Source of the DNA: Candidatus Firestoneibacteriota bacterium
GTDB taxonomy: Bacteria; Oederibacteriota; D2-FULL-39-29; JBBTED01
Length of the DNA: 40,934 bases
Reading direction: 5' to 3'
Assembly (NCBI GenBank): GCA_038042445.1
Contig: JBBTED010000001.1
Coordinates: 1 to 40,934 of the forward strand
Both the position numbers and the translations under genes were made by a program. Within the stretch, counting starts at the first letter, position 1. Each line of letters begins with the position of its first letter. Shown one piece after another: positions 9,822-19,187 of this stretch. The notes under the pieces are model-generated. The model made no database searches and was not told where the DNA came from. It was given only the letters and a program-made list of their open reading frames with translations.

Positions 9822-10646
9822 TTATTCTAACTCTTTCAAAGCTTGAATACTCTGTTCTGAAGTAGGTGCTAATCCATGAAAATCTGGATTATTTTCCATA
9901 TAGGAAACGCCTTTTCCTTTAGTAGTATGAGCAATAATCACTGTAGGCATTCCCTTTTTACTATTAGCTTTCTGTAAACAGGATAATATTTCTCTAAAAT
10001 CATGTCCATTTATCTCTATAACATTCCAACCAAATGCTTCCCATTTATCTTTAAGCGGCTCAAGTCTCATCACTTGTTCTGTATGCCCGTCATTTTGATA
10101 TCTGTTTCGATCAACTATAGCAGTCAAATTATCTAATTTATAATGAGCAGATGACATAGCACATTCCCACACCTGACCTTCATCTAATTCTCCATCTCCC
10201 AAAACAGCATAAGTCCGGAATTTTCTTTTTAATAATTTAGCCCCTAATGCCACACCACAAGCAAAAGAAAAACCCTGACCTAAACTTCCAGTAGATGCAT
10301 CAATACCAGGTGTAAGCTTTCTATCCGGATGTCCCTGAAGAATGCTACCCACTTTTCTAAAAGTTTGAAGTTCTTTTTTTTGAAAATAACCTGCTTCGGC
10401 CAACATTACATACAAAGCTGGTGCACCATGTCCCTTAGATAAAATGAATCTATCTCTCTCTGCCCATGATGGGTTTTTAGGATCATGATGAATATGAGCA
10501 AAATACAAGGATACTAATATTTCAACTATGGAAAGAGAACCACCAGGATGACCACTACCCCTATTACCGATCATTCTAATAATATTATATCGTATATTTT
10601 TGGCTTTCTTTTCTAACAATTCTATATCGGTTTTTTTAATTTTCAT
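9822..10646 (-). CDS. Split transketolase, N-terminal TPP-binding subunit
   Basis: GHPGGSLS, DRFILSKGH, LQGHP, STGSLGQG, GDGELDEGQVWE, TTKGKGV. Confidence 0.95.
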   Translation of the reverse strand: MKIKKTDIELLEKKAKNIRYNIIRMIGNRGSGHPGGSLSIVEILVSLYFAHIHHDPKNPSWAERDRFILSKGHGAPALYVMLAEAGYFQKKELQTFRKVGSILQGHPDRKLTPGIDASTGSLGQGFSFACGVALGAKLLKRKFRTYAVLGDGELDEGQVWECAMSSAHYKLDNLTAIVDRNRYQNDGHTEQVMRLEPLKDKWEAFGWNVIEINGHDFREILSCLQKANSKKGMPTVIIAHTTKGKGVSYMENNPDFHGLAPTSEQSIQALKELE

Positions 10647-10660
10647 ATTATCTCCTTATT

Positions 10661-11629
10661 TCATCTCGTAAATCTCCCTGCAAACTTACTTTGTTTTTTG
10701 TTTTTCAATGTTTTCTTAACCGCCGCACAAATGCCTCTTGCATTCAATCCAAAATGATCTAAAAGTTCTCTCCAATCTCCGGTTTGACCAAATTCATCCT
10801 GCATGCCAACCTGATGCATAAAAACTGGACAGTGATTTACCAATACTTCCGCTACAGCTCCTCCCAAACCTCCTAAACAACTATGATCCTCTGCTGTAAC
10901 TATCGCACCTGTTTCTTTTGCGGCTTTTTTTATTGTCTTTATATCAAGTGGTTTTATAGTAGACATATTGATAACCCGAACTTCAATGTTTTCTTCAGAA
11001 AGCAGTTCTGCTGCTTTTAAACTTTCATCAACCATAATTCCGCAGGCAATTATAGTAGCATCCATTCCACTTCTCAAAACATTTGCTTTACCTATAATGA
11101 ATTCTTCTTGCGTAGTAACTGTTTTACTTGCTACTCTAACAATTCTTAAATATACAGGGCCTTTCATTTGGATTGCGGCACGTAATGCCTGCCGTGTTTC
11201 TCTTGCATCTGCTGGTACTAATACAGTCATGTTCGGAATAGAACGCATTAACGCTATATCTTCTATCGCCTGGTGAGTTACTCCATCCTCTCCACAAATG
11301 ATTCCTGTATGTCCACCTACAATTTTTACATTTGCAAGAGGATAAGCAATTGAATTTCGAATTTGCTCAAAAGCCCTTCCAGCAGCAAACATAGCAAAAG
11401 TACATACTACAGGAATCAAACCTAAACTCGACAATCCAGATGCCATACCCATCATATTTTGCTCTGCTATCCCTACGTTAAAAGATCTCTGAGGAAACTT
11501 CTCTGCAAATAAATAGCTCCTGGTTGCCTTTGACAAATCTGCATTAAGAACTACTATTTTGGAATTCTCCTTGCCTACTTCAACTAATGCATCTCCGAAT
11601 GCATCACGACCTGAAATCTCTTTGTCCAT
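10661..11629 (-). CDS. Split transketolase, pyrimidine-binding/C-terminal subunit
   Basis: ADL, NVGIAEQN, EDGVTHQ, PVYLR, TIKPLD, AEDH..GGLG. Confidence 0.95.
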   Translation of the reverse strand: MDKEISGRDAFGDALVEVGKENSKIVVLNADLSKATRSYLFAEKFPQRSFNVGIAEQNMMGMASGLSSLGLIPVVCTFAMFAAGRAFEQIRNSIAYPLANVKIVGGHTGIICGEDGVTHQAIEDIALMRSIPNMTVLVPADARETRQALRAAIQMKGPVYLRIVRVASKTVTTQEEFIIGKANVLRSGMDATIIACGIMVDESLKAAELLSEENIEVRVINMSTIKPLDIKTIKKAAKETGAIVTAEDHSCLGGLGGAVAEVLVNHCPVFMHQVGMQDEFGQTGDWRELLDHFGLNARGICAAVKKTLKNKKQSKFAGRFTR

Positions 11630-11659
11630 TTTACAACCTCCTCTAATAAATATATGTAT

Positions 11660-13036
11660 CTATACAACCAAAGGTTTAATATGAAAAAGTCTACATACTT
11701 CAAGAAGCTCTTCTTTTCTGTTTCCATAAACCCAATGATAATGATTACTTCTGCAATTTTGAATCATCTCCTTTGGATCACCGTCAATTTTATAGAACAT
11801 CTGCGGCCAAATTTTACGTGTACTTATCATCTTTTTTTTTGAACGATAAGTAGCCTCACCTGTTACAATCTGCATCACATATTCTCCTTTGACTCTCGCC
11901 AAACGAGACATAGTAATTTTTCCAGGCTTACAGACGAATACTGTAGTAACACCTCTTCCTTTTCCTAAATACTCGTATTGCATATCCCAATCTACATCTT
12001 TATCATTTATTGCAAAATTGGTTGGTAACATACCACAGTTAGCGACTACACCAGTCTTATCTCTCTCATCAATATGATAGCAGTCAGCAAAACCTACTGT
12101 ATCATTAGTAATAAGAGATAGAATTTTCATAGTAATAGCACCATTGGTATCTGCCTCGCAAGCAGTTACCATTTTTTCATTATTGAGAAACGAAACTGCT
12201 AAACAACCACTGGAATATATCTCTGGTAATTCTGGTAAACATTTTATACCACAAAAATCCCAGCCTCTTTCTAAATAGAGTTCTTTTAAAGCAAAGTAAA
12301 GACGTATTGAACGATCCAATACATGAGAATCTAAGTCTGTAAATCCATATCTTTTTTTAAATTCCGCTAAAAATAATTTTACTTTATTTGAATTTACTAT
12401 TTTTGCTTTTTCTACCAAAACAATTTGGTCTACATGGTCTGTCTCAACCCCAAAAATAGTTTTTATCTGAATAAGATCTGGCATAGCTGGATACATGAAC
12501 ATACAACGGCCACCGATAAGACCATACATCATTCCATCCATTCTGTTTAAAACTTTAGCTGCACGCGCTGAAATCAATATTTTATTAATTATGTTTTTGT
12601 CCTCTGGCAAACCATAAATTTTGCTATATCCTTCTACACCAATTTCGTCTAATCCTCCCTGAATAACACTTGCCGGTACAAGCCCTGCAGCCTCCATATC
12701 TGGAAATGCCCACAGAGCAAATGGTTTCTTAAATTTACGAGCAGGTGTAGCTACAACATTAACATACATCCATGATCCAACAAGGATAAGAATATAATCT
12801 ACCCCATCATCTATCAGTTGTTTCATAGCAGCGACAGATTCTTTCTCAGATTGGACCTGTTTTTCAATATGTATCACCTGTACACCATTTTTTTCCAGAG
12901 CAACTTTAGCCCGACAAGCCAATTCTTTAGCTTTAGCATAGACTGAAATAGGATTTGTAGATTGTTCCGCTGGTAAAGTTATCGTTATTATTCCAATTCT
13001 AAGATTCTCTTTTATAACCTTTTTAAATTTTTCCAT
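11660..13036 (-). CDS. L-fucose/L-arabinose isomerase-like protein (paralog 1)
   Basis: GGRCM.M, IKCLPEL, CEAD, NCG, KPGKIT..RL, WPQ, SNH.H. The E/D/H metal-ligand pattern matches the FucI fold. Confidence 0.82.
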   Translation of the reverse strand: MEKFKKVIKENLRIGIITITLPAEQSTNPISVYAKAKELACRAKVALEKNGVQVIHIEKQVQSEKESVAAMKQLIDDGVDYILILVGSWMYVNVVATPARKFKKPFALWAFPDMEAAGLVPASVIQGGLDEIGVEGYSKIYGLPEDKNIINKILISARAAKVLNRMDGMMYGLIGGRCMFMYPAMPDLIQIKTIFGVETDHVDQIVLVEKAKIVNSNKVKLFLAEFKKRYGFTDLDSHVLDRSIRLYFALKELYLERGWDFCGIKCLPELPEIYSSGCLAVSFLNNEKMVTACEADTNGAITMKILSLITNDTVGFADCYHIDERDKTGVVANCGMLPTNFAINDKDVDWDMQYEYLGKGRGVTTVFVCKPGKITMSRLARVKGEYVMQIVTGEATYRSKKKMISTRKIWPQMFYKIDGDPKEMIQNCRSNHYHWVYGNRKEELLEVCRLFHIKPLVV

Positions 13037-13106
13037 ATCAAATCTCCTTTATTTTTAATACTTTTTTCATAAAAATCTACATTCAGTAAATTGTTATTCA
13101 CACGAA

Positions 13107-13115
13107 ATTATAGCA
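13107..13115 (-). promoter_or_regulatory. Putative extended -10 promoter for the isomerase-transketolase operon
   Basis: TGCTATAAT on the minus strand about 70 bp upstream of ATG 13036. No -35 match, which fits activator (AraC) dependence (inference). Confidence 0.5.
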
Positions 13116-13262
13116 TATTCTTATCTTTTATTTTTAAATAAACTCAGAACAAGCTTTCTAATGTTTTTTATACACTATAAATAAATATGTCAAAGAAGTG
13201 TATAAATGTCAATATGCAAACTAACGATTTTTTATACTTTTTTACATTCAATTAAATATAGA

Positions 13263-14204
13263 TTATTTAATGTTTCGATATTGTCCAGGATATATACCTT
13301 CTATCTTTTTGAATACTTTACTAAAATAATATTCGTTTCTATATCCTGTTCTACTAGCAATTTGTTTAATACGAAATTTAGGGTTTAACAATAATTTTTT
13401 GGCATTGTTAATTCGAACAACATTAATAAAGCGTTTAACAGATATACCTTCGCCTTTTTTAAATAACCATGAAAAATAGTTAGGTGAAAGAAAAACTTTG
13501 TCCGCCAAATCCTTAACAGAAATATTTTGCCTATATTTATCCTTTATATAGACCTTGATTCCATCAAGAAGTTTTGTTTGCCATGGTGTATATTCTCCAG
13601 AATAAAATTTATCAGCTTTTTGAATTAATAACACAACTAATTCAGTAAGCAATTGCTTCAAAACAAGAATATCTTTATTTTTATCCCAAGAAATAATGTT
13701 TTGCGTCAAAAATATAAGTCTCTCATCATTAGGAATTGTAATAATAAAAGGGACAATAAATCCTTTTGTAGGATTATAAAATGTAACCTGAATGCCACAA
13801 AATTCTTTTTGCAAATTGAACCACAATATTTTGTATGCTTTTTTTCTTTTAAAATATGTTTCAATCTGTCTGATTACAGCAGTATGAATAAAAACATCGC
13901 CAACATTTGCTATATAATTTTTATCTTCAAAACCCAATACACATTGTCCACCAAGTGAAAAACCTATTGTAGGAAAAACTCCTTCAGGATAAGCATTTTT
14001 AAACCACTGCGCAATATATACTTTTTTTGATAATAACCTTCGTTTATGAAAAACATTAGTTACTATTTTTTCTTCTGAAAGATTAGCAATCATCTGCAGA
14101 ATATCAGTTAGAAGAATTTGCTTAATTATACCACAGGCCTCTTTTTCTGAAAAATTCTTAACGAAATTAACAGTTCTTTTTAAATAATAGTCTTTTACTG
14201 TCAT
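13263..14204 (-). CDS. AraC-family transcriptional regulator
   Basis: C-terminal double HTH (LADKVFLSPNYFSWLFKK, IKQIASRTGY.NEYYFSKVFKK.EGIYPGQYR), cupin-like N-terminal part. Confidence 0.92.
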   Translation of the reverse strand: MTVKDYYLKRTVNFVKNFSEKEACGIIKQILLTDILQMIANLSEEKIVTNVFHKRRLLSKKVYIAQWFKNAYPEGVFPTIGFSLGGQCVLGFEDKNYIANVGDVFIHTAVIRQIETYFKRKKAYKILWFNLQKEFCGIQVTFYNPTKGFIVPFIITIPNDERLIFLTQNIISWDKNKDILVLKQLLTELVVLLIQKADKFYSGEYTPWQTKLLDGIKVYIKDKYRQNISVKDLADKVFLSPNYFSWLFKKGEGISVKRFINVVRINNAKKLLLNPKFRIKQIASRTGYRNEYYFSKVFKKIEGIYPGQYRNIK

Positions 14205-14281
14205 ACTTAAATATATTTTAAAAATCTATAAACGCATAGAATTATTGCAATGAGACAAGCCCCAACCAACCCAAGTTTAAT

Positions 14282-14308
14282 GTAATGGGTTAGAGGCTGT
14301 CCGACAAC
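14282..14308. repeat. Right copy of the 27-bp inverted repeat (partner 4019-4045)
   Basis: GTAATGGGTTAGAGGCTGTCCGACAAC, 26/27 identical to the reverse complement of 4019-4045. Confidence 0.85.
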
Positions 14309-14416
14309 TAAGTTTCACCATCTATTTTGTTCTCTAACATTTCTAATTTTTGTTATATCAGTTAAAGAAATTTATGACTCAACTTTACTTTGGAATATTA
14401 AAGATTGTGAATTCTT

Positions 14417-14452
14417 GGGATACAACACTTAATTAATTAAGTGTTGTATCCC
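14417..14452. repeat. Perfect 36-bp palindrome (REP-like element or stem-loop downstream of the ROK gene)
   Basis: GGGATACAACACTTAATT|AATTAAGTGTTGTATCCC is its own reverse complement and lies 21 bp after the ROK stop. Confidence 0.85.
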
Positions 14453-14473
14453 TTTATTTATTCTTTTTAGCTC

Positions 14474-15439
14474 CTACACTAATTTGGCAGCACCAATCAC
14501 GCCTGAATATAGTCCTAATTTTGCTTTTACTATTTTTATCTTACGGTTTTCTTTTGGAAATGCCATTTTTTTTATTATATCTTGTATGGGTTTTATGATA
14601 AAATCTCCTGCTTCTGCTAAACCACCACCTAAAATTACAATTTCAGGAGAAATTATAGTTATTGCATTGAGAATTGCTATTCCTAAATAATATCCGGTTT
14701 CTGCGAAAATATTTATTGCGTCTTTATCTTTTTTTTTAGCGGCAATATAAACTAAATGAGGTGTAATATTCTGTATATCATAATTGCAAAGTTTAGATAA
14801 AATTTTTAATTTGCCTTTAGAAATATTTTCAATAGCCTTTTTAACAATTGCACCTGCTGATGATATTGTTTCTAAACAACCATAACTACCACAAATACAT
14901 TTCAAGCCATTTTTTGTCATAACTATTGTATGTCCTATTGGCCCGGCTATTCCTTTTGAGCCTAAAAGTAGTTTTCCATCAATTATTACACCACCTCCTA
15001 TACCAGTTCCACAAAATACAGCTAAAATATTATTATATCCCTTACCTGCTCCAGATTTAAACTCTCCATATGCTGCTGCCTGAGTATCTACTGCAAAGCA
15101 ATATTTAGCTGGATACAATTTATTGATTTCTTTGTGCAAATTAAAACGCTGTATAGATTTTGAAAATGTTGTAGTTTCACTTATAATTCCATCTGAAGTT
15201 ATAGGTGATGCTACTGCAATTCCTATTCCTGATATTTGTTTGTCTGCTAATTTATTGTTATTTATCAGCCTTTTAATTTCTCGGTATATCATTTTGGGCA
15301 ATTCAGTTAAACCCTTGTAATATTTCCAATCTTCAACAAGTTTAGTAACAGTAATATCCTTCGTTTTACCATCAGAATAAACTAAACCACTTTTAATATT
15401 CGTTCCACCAACATCAATACCTATATATAATTTTTTCAT
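14474..15439 (-). CDS. ROK-family sugar kinase
   Basis: GIDVGGT, GTGIGGG, GH plus CxCGxxGCLE zinc motif, GGG, GVIGAA. No N-terminal HTH. Confidence 0.9.
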   Translation of the reverse strand: MKKLYIGIDVGGTNIKSGLVYSDGKTKDITVTKLVEDWKYYKGLTELPKMIYREIKRLINNNKLADKQISGIGIAVASPITSDGIISETTTFSKSIQRFNLHKEINKLYPAKYCFAVDTQAAAYGEFKSGAGKGYNNILAVFCGTGIGGGVIIDGKLLLGSKGIAGPIGHTIVMTKNGLKCICGSYGCLETISSAGAIVKKAIENISKGKLKILSKLCNYDIQNITPHLVYIAAKKKDKDAINIFAETGYYLGIAILNAITIISPEIVILGGGLAEAGDFIIKPIQDIIKKMAFPKENRKIKIVKAKLGLYSGVIGAAKLV

Positions 15440-15448
15440 ATTAAATTT

Positions 15449-16807
15449 TTAATTTATTGTGGTCTTAATATTGTAAAGCCTGCAGAGTTCAATTAATTCA
15501 TCTTTATAGTCACCATACACCCAATGCAAATGATTTGACCTGCAGTTTTTAAGAAATTCAGAATAATCCGCTTCTAATTTTATAAATATCTGTGGCCATC
15601 TGTCTCTAACACCATTCATTGCTTTTCGAGAACGATTCAAAGCTTCACCAGTAGCTATTTGCATTATATACTCGCCATTTATTCTTGCTAATCTTGCTAA
15701 AGTAATTTTACCTGGCTTGCATACAAATGATGCAGTAGCACCCCCTTCTTTTTTACCGTGCACAATACTATCATACTGTTCCATCCATATTATTTCATTG
15801 TCATTTTTTGCAAAATCTGTTGGCAAACTGCCACAATTAATAAGGCGAAGTATCATAGTATTCCTATCTAATTCTTTAACATCTGCAGAACCTGCAGATT
15901 TACCACTCATCAAATTTAAAATTTTCATAGTTATAGCCGCATTAGTATCTGCTTCACAAGAAACAATAAAACCATTATCATTATTAAGTGAAACTGACAA
16001 ACAATGCGAGCAATATTCTCCTACACATTCTGGTATGCATTTCACACCTGCAAAATCAATTTTTTCACTTTCTGATGACATTTTAAGAGCAAAATATAAT
16101 CGTATTGATTTTTCAAGTACTTCATCTGATACTTTTATATTTTTAAACCGGGCTTTAAAATTTTTTAAATATTTTTGGACGCTTTCTTTGTTTTCATTTT
16201 TAGCCATTTCTATAAGTATATGTTCTGAAATATGGACTGTTTCTATTCCAAATAATTTTCGTATCTGGATTAAATCCGGCATACCAGTATACATATACAT
16301 ACATCTTCCACCATATAAACCATAGCGGGTATTATTAAGCCGTTTTTTAACCATTGAAGCAATAGCATAAGTTTTTATTTCTTTTAAAACTTCTTTATCA
16401 TCAGGATATCCGTAAATAAATTTGTGTTCTACTCCCAATTCATCAAGTGAACCATGCAAAATACAGGTAGTTGACAATGCAGAAACATCATTGTGCCTTG
16501 GTGCAAAAAGAATCAAAGGAAATTTTGCTTCTAATGCCGCAGCACTTATAATAGATGAATACAGCCATGAACCTGTCATATACAACAAACAATCAACATC
16601 TTGAGATAATAATCTTTTAGTTGACTCTATAGCCAATATTTCATCCTGAACTGCTTTTTTTTCTCTTACACAAATAAATCCTGCATTGTTAAGAGATTTC
16701 TCCAAACAATCCCCCATCAAACCAGAAGCTTTAACTGCCTGAGGCACTACAGTAGATTTCTCTGGCGGAAGAGAAAGCACCATCATTCCTATTTTTATTT
16801 TATTCAC
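15449..16807 (-). CDS. L-fucose/L-arabinose isomerase-like protein (paralog 2)
   Basis: Same motifs as paralog 1 (GGRCMYMY, VKCIPE, CEADTN, NCG, FVCKPGKIT, WPQ, NCRSNH.HWVYG). GTG start after SD AGGAGG. Confidence 0.82.
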   Translation of the reverse strand: MNKIKIGMMVLSLPPEKSTVVPQAVKASGLMGDCLEKSLNNAGFICVREKKAVQDEILAIESTKRLLSQDVDCLLYMTGSWLYSSIISAAALEAKFPLILFAPRHNDVSALSTTCILHGSLDELGVEHKFIYGYPDDKEVLKEIKTYAIASMVKKRLNNTRYGLYGGRCMYMYTGMPDLIQIRKLFGIETVHISEHILIEMAKNENKESVQKYLKNFKARFKNIKVSDEVLEKSIRLYFALKMSSESEKIDFAGVKCIPECVGEYCSHCLSVSLNNDNGFIVSCEADTNAAITMKILNLMSGKSAGSADVKELDRNTMILRLINCGSLPTDFAKNDNEIIWMEQYDSIVHGKKEGGATASFVCKPGKITLARLARINGEYIMQIATGEALNRSRKAMNGVRDRWPQIFIKLEADYSEFLKNCRSNHLHWVYGDYKDELIELCRLYNIKTTIN

Positions 16808-16853
16808 CTATGAATCCTCCTCTTATTGTATAAATTTAATTTTGCTTTAAAAA

Positions 16854-17168
16854 TTATTTTTGCGGCATTCCTTTATAACTACCAGCACCTTGTGTAGCTA
16901 CATATAAAATTTTTTTTCATAAGTATCTACTGATATATCCCCATAAACAGGATAATCTAATCCATAAGTAGAAATTTTTATCCATTTTGCACCTTTATCA
17001 TCTGGATAAATTTCCTTTTTTACAGGGTAATAATTTAAAAGAAGTTTGCACATCTGCTTTTCCATGTTGTAACTGAAACACGTCATTTAGTAATTATGGC
17101 ATGATTCATTTGGGTCGTGATATTTTTTTGCCCCTGTAATTTTCCACACTTCTCAACTTGTCAAGCAT
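16854..17168 (-). pseudogene. Decayed BNR/Asp-box beta-propeller gene remnant
   Basis: EIYPDDKGAKWIKIS resembles an Asp-box. A frameshift in the A8 run (16910-16917) continues as ILYVATQGAGSYKGMPQK-stop (16854), a typical last propeller blade. Orphan SD (AAGGGG) plus ATG at 17168. Confidence 0.6.
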
Positions 17169-17184
17169 AATTTCATCCCCTTTT

Positions 17185-18219
17185 TTATTGTAACAATTGT
17201 TCAATTGCATTGACTATACGTTTTTTGTTTGGCAGTACAAACTTTTCACAAACTGGGGCAAATGGAATTGGAGTATCCATTATGTTTATTCTTTTAACTG
17301 GTGCATCAAGATAATCAAATGCTTCATCTACTATAATTGCCACTAATTCAGAAGCAAAATTACACCGTGGATATTCTTCTGTAACAATTAAAACTCTCCC
17401 TGTTTTCTTTACTGAATTTAAAATTGCATTTTTATCCAATGGCACTATAGTTCTGGGATCTATTATTTCTATATTTATTCCTTTTTTTTCAAATTCATTA
17501 GCAATATCCATACATCTATGAACCATTATCATAGTTGCAATAATTGTAAGATCACTGCCTTCTTTTTTTATACTTGCCTTGCCCAATGAAATTGTATAAT
17601 CCTCATCAGTAGCTGATTCCATAACTGATGACTGCTCACTTTTCTTTTGAATTCCTACATCACCTGGTGCTTTACTTCCATAAAGTAATTTATGCTCAAA
17701 AAACATTACAGGATTGTTATCTCTTATTGCAGATTTTAATAACCCTTTTGCATCATAAGGATTAGATGGTACAACCACTTTTAAACCCGGGATATGTGCA
17801 AACCAGCTTTCTAAACTTTGAGAATGCTGTGCTGCCCTGCTACCAGAAACACCTAGTGGAGCTCGTATAACCATAGGGACATTCATCTGTCCACCAAACA
17901 TAAGATGAGTTTTTGCTGCCTGGTTAACAATTTGATCCATACAGCAGGTTAAAAAATCACAATATTGAATTTCAACAACTGGTCTTAGCCCACTTATAGC
18001 AGAACCTAATGCAGCTCCAATTATGGCAATTTCTGATATAGGTGTATCCAAAACTCTGTTTTCTCCAAACTCATCTAATAATCCTTTAGTAATTGAGTAT
18101 GCACCGCCAAATTTTCCAATATCTTCTCCTAAAAGAATCACCCGTTCATCACGTTTCATTTCTTCGCGAAGTGCCTGTCTTAAAGCTTCAGCCATTGTAT
18201 TATAAGTATTAGTTTGCAT
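17185..18219 (-). CDS. TPP-dependent 2-oxoacid/acetoin dehydrogenase E1 beta subunit
   Basis: GEDIG..GG, DTPISE, QIVNQAAK, AQHSQS, DAKGLL, EHK.LY, DPRTIVPLD, LDAPV.R. Confidence 0.93.
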   Translation of the reverse strand: MQTNTYNTMAEALRQALREEMKRDERVILLGEDIGKFGGAYSITKGLLDEFGENRVLDTPISEIAIIGAALGSAISGLRPVVEIQYCDFLTCCMDQIVNQAAKTHLMFGGQMNVPMVIRAPLGVSGSRAAQHSQSLESWFAHIPGLKVVVPSNPYDAKGLLKSAIRDNNPVMFFEHKLLYGSKAPGDVGIQKKSEQSSVMESATDEDYTISLGKASIKKEGSDLTIIATMIMVHRCMDIANEFEKKGINIEIIDPRTIVPLDKNAILNSVKKTGRVLIVTEEYPRCNFASELVAIIVDEAFDYLDAPVKRINIMDTPIPFAPVCEKFVLPNKKRIVNAIEQLLQ

Positions 18220-19174
18220 AAGCGTATTTTAAAGATTCTTCTGCAACTGGACCTGGACTATTTTTTGCATATTCAATAGCCGATTTTATTTCTGCATTAA
18301 TATTTTCTTCTAAAACTTTTATATCTTCTTCCTTCTGATGATAATTCTCTTTTAATATATTCTTAAAACACTTTACAGGGTCTTTCTTTTTCCATTCTTC
18401 TACTTCCTCAATTGTCCTATAATTAGCCGGTTCAAATCTGGAATGCCCCTTATGTCTATATGTTTTACATTCAATTAAAACCGGACCTTTACCTGACCTA
18501 ACAAAATCAATATATTTTTTTACAGTATCATAAACTGCTACTACATCATTACCATCTACAACTATTTCATCCATCCCATAAGATTTAGCCCTTTGGGCAA
18601 CATCTTTTATATTCATAACCTTGGAAACAGGTGTAGAAAAACCATATAAATTATTTTCGCATATAAAAATAACTGGAAGTTTCCATATAGAAGCCATATT
18701 CAAACTTTCATGAAATGCACCTTCATTAGAAGCTCCTTCACCAAAAAAACAAACAGCCACCTGACTGGTTTTCCTTGTTTTAATAGACAAACCAAGTCCT
18801 ACTGTTATAGGTAATCCTGCACCCACTATAGCGGTTGTCCCCATAATACCAACAGAAATATCAGCAATATGCATAGAACCACCCATACCTTTACAGCAAC
18901 CAGTAGATTTTCCAAATAATTCTGCAGCTAATTTATTTAATGAAATACCTTTTGCTATACAATGCCCGTGCCCTCGATGAGTGCTGATAATATAATCTTC
19001 TTTTTTTAAATTTGCACATACTCCAGATGCAATTGCTTCCTGACCATCACATTGATGAATAGTTCCAAACATCTGGCCAGTTAAAAACAATGAATACAAC
19101 TCCTCTTCAAATTTTCTTATTTTGAACATAACAGCATATAGTTGTTTCAAAAGTTCAATATTAACAGTTTCCAT
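18209..19174 (-). CDS. TPP-dependent 2-oxoacid/acetoin dehydrogenase E1 alpha subunit
   Basis: GQEA, STHRGHGH, GGSMH, GEGASNEG...ENN, TYRHKGHS, DPV. Confidence 0.93.
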   Translation of the reverse strand: METVNIELLKQLYAVMFKIRKFEEELYSLFLTGQMFGTIHQCDGQEAIASGVCANLKKEDYIISTHRGHGHCIAKGISLNKLAAELFGKSTGCCKGMGGSMHIADISVGIMGTTAIVGAGLPITVGLGLSIKTRKTSQVAVCFFGEGASNEGAFHESLNMASIWKLPVIFICENNLYGFSTPVSKVMNIKDVAQRAKSYGMDEIVVDGNDVVAVYDTVKKYIDFVRSGKGPVLIECKTYRHKGHSRFEPANYRTIEEVEEWKKKDPVKCFKNILKENYHQKEEDIKVLEENINAEIKSAIEYAKNSPGPVAEESLKYAYAN

Positions 19175-19187
19175 ATCTCTCCTTTAT

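Noticed and set aside
13181..13212. Two TGTCAA copies 19 bp apart as AraC half-sites or -35 boxes
   Set aside because: Short match in AT-rich DNA with no good -10 at the proper spacing; insufficient support.
15717..16325. 202-aa plus-strand ORF
   Set aside because: Antisense shadow of the FucI-like gene with no recognisable motifs.
17185..19174. Assigning pdhA/pdhB or acoA/acoB symbols
   Set aside because: Substrate cannot be determined from motifs and there is no E2/E3 context.
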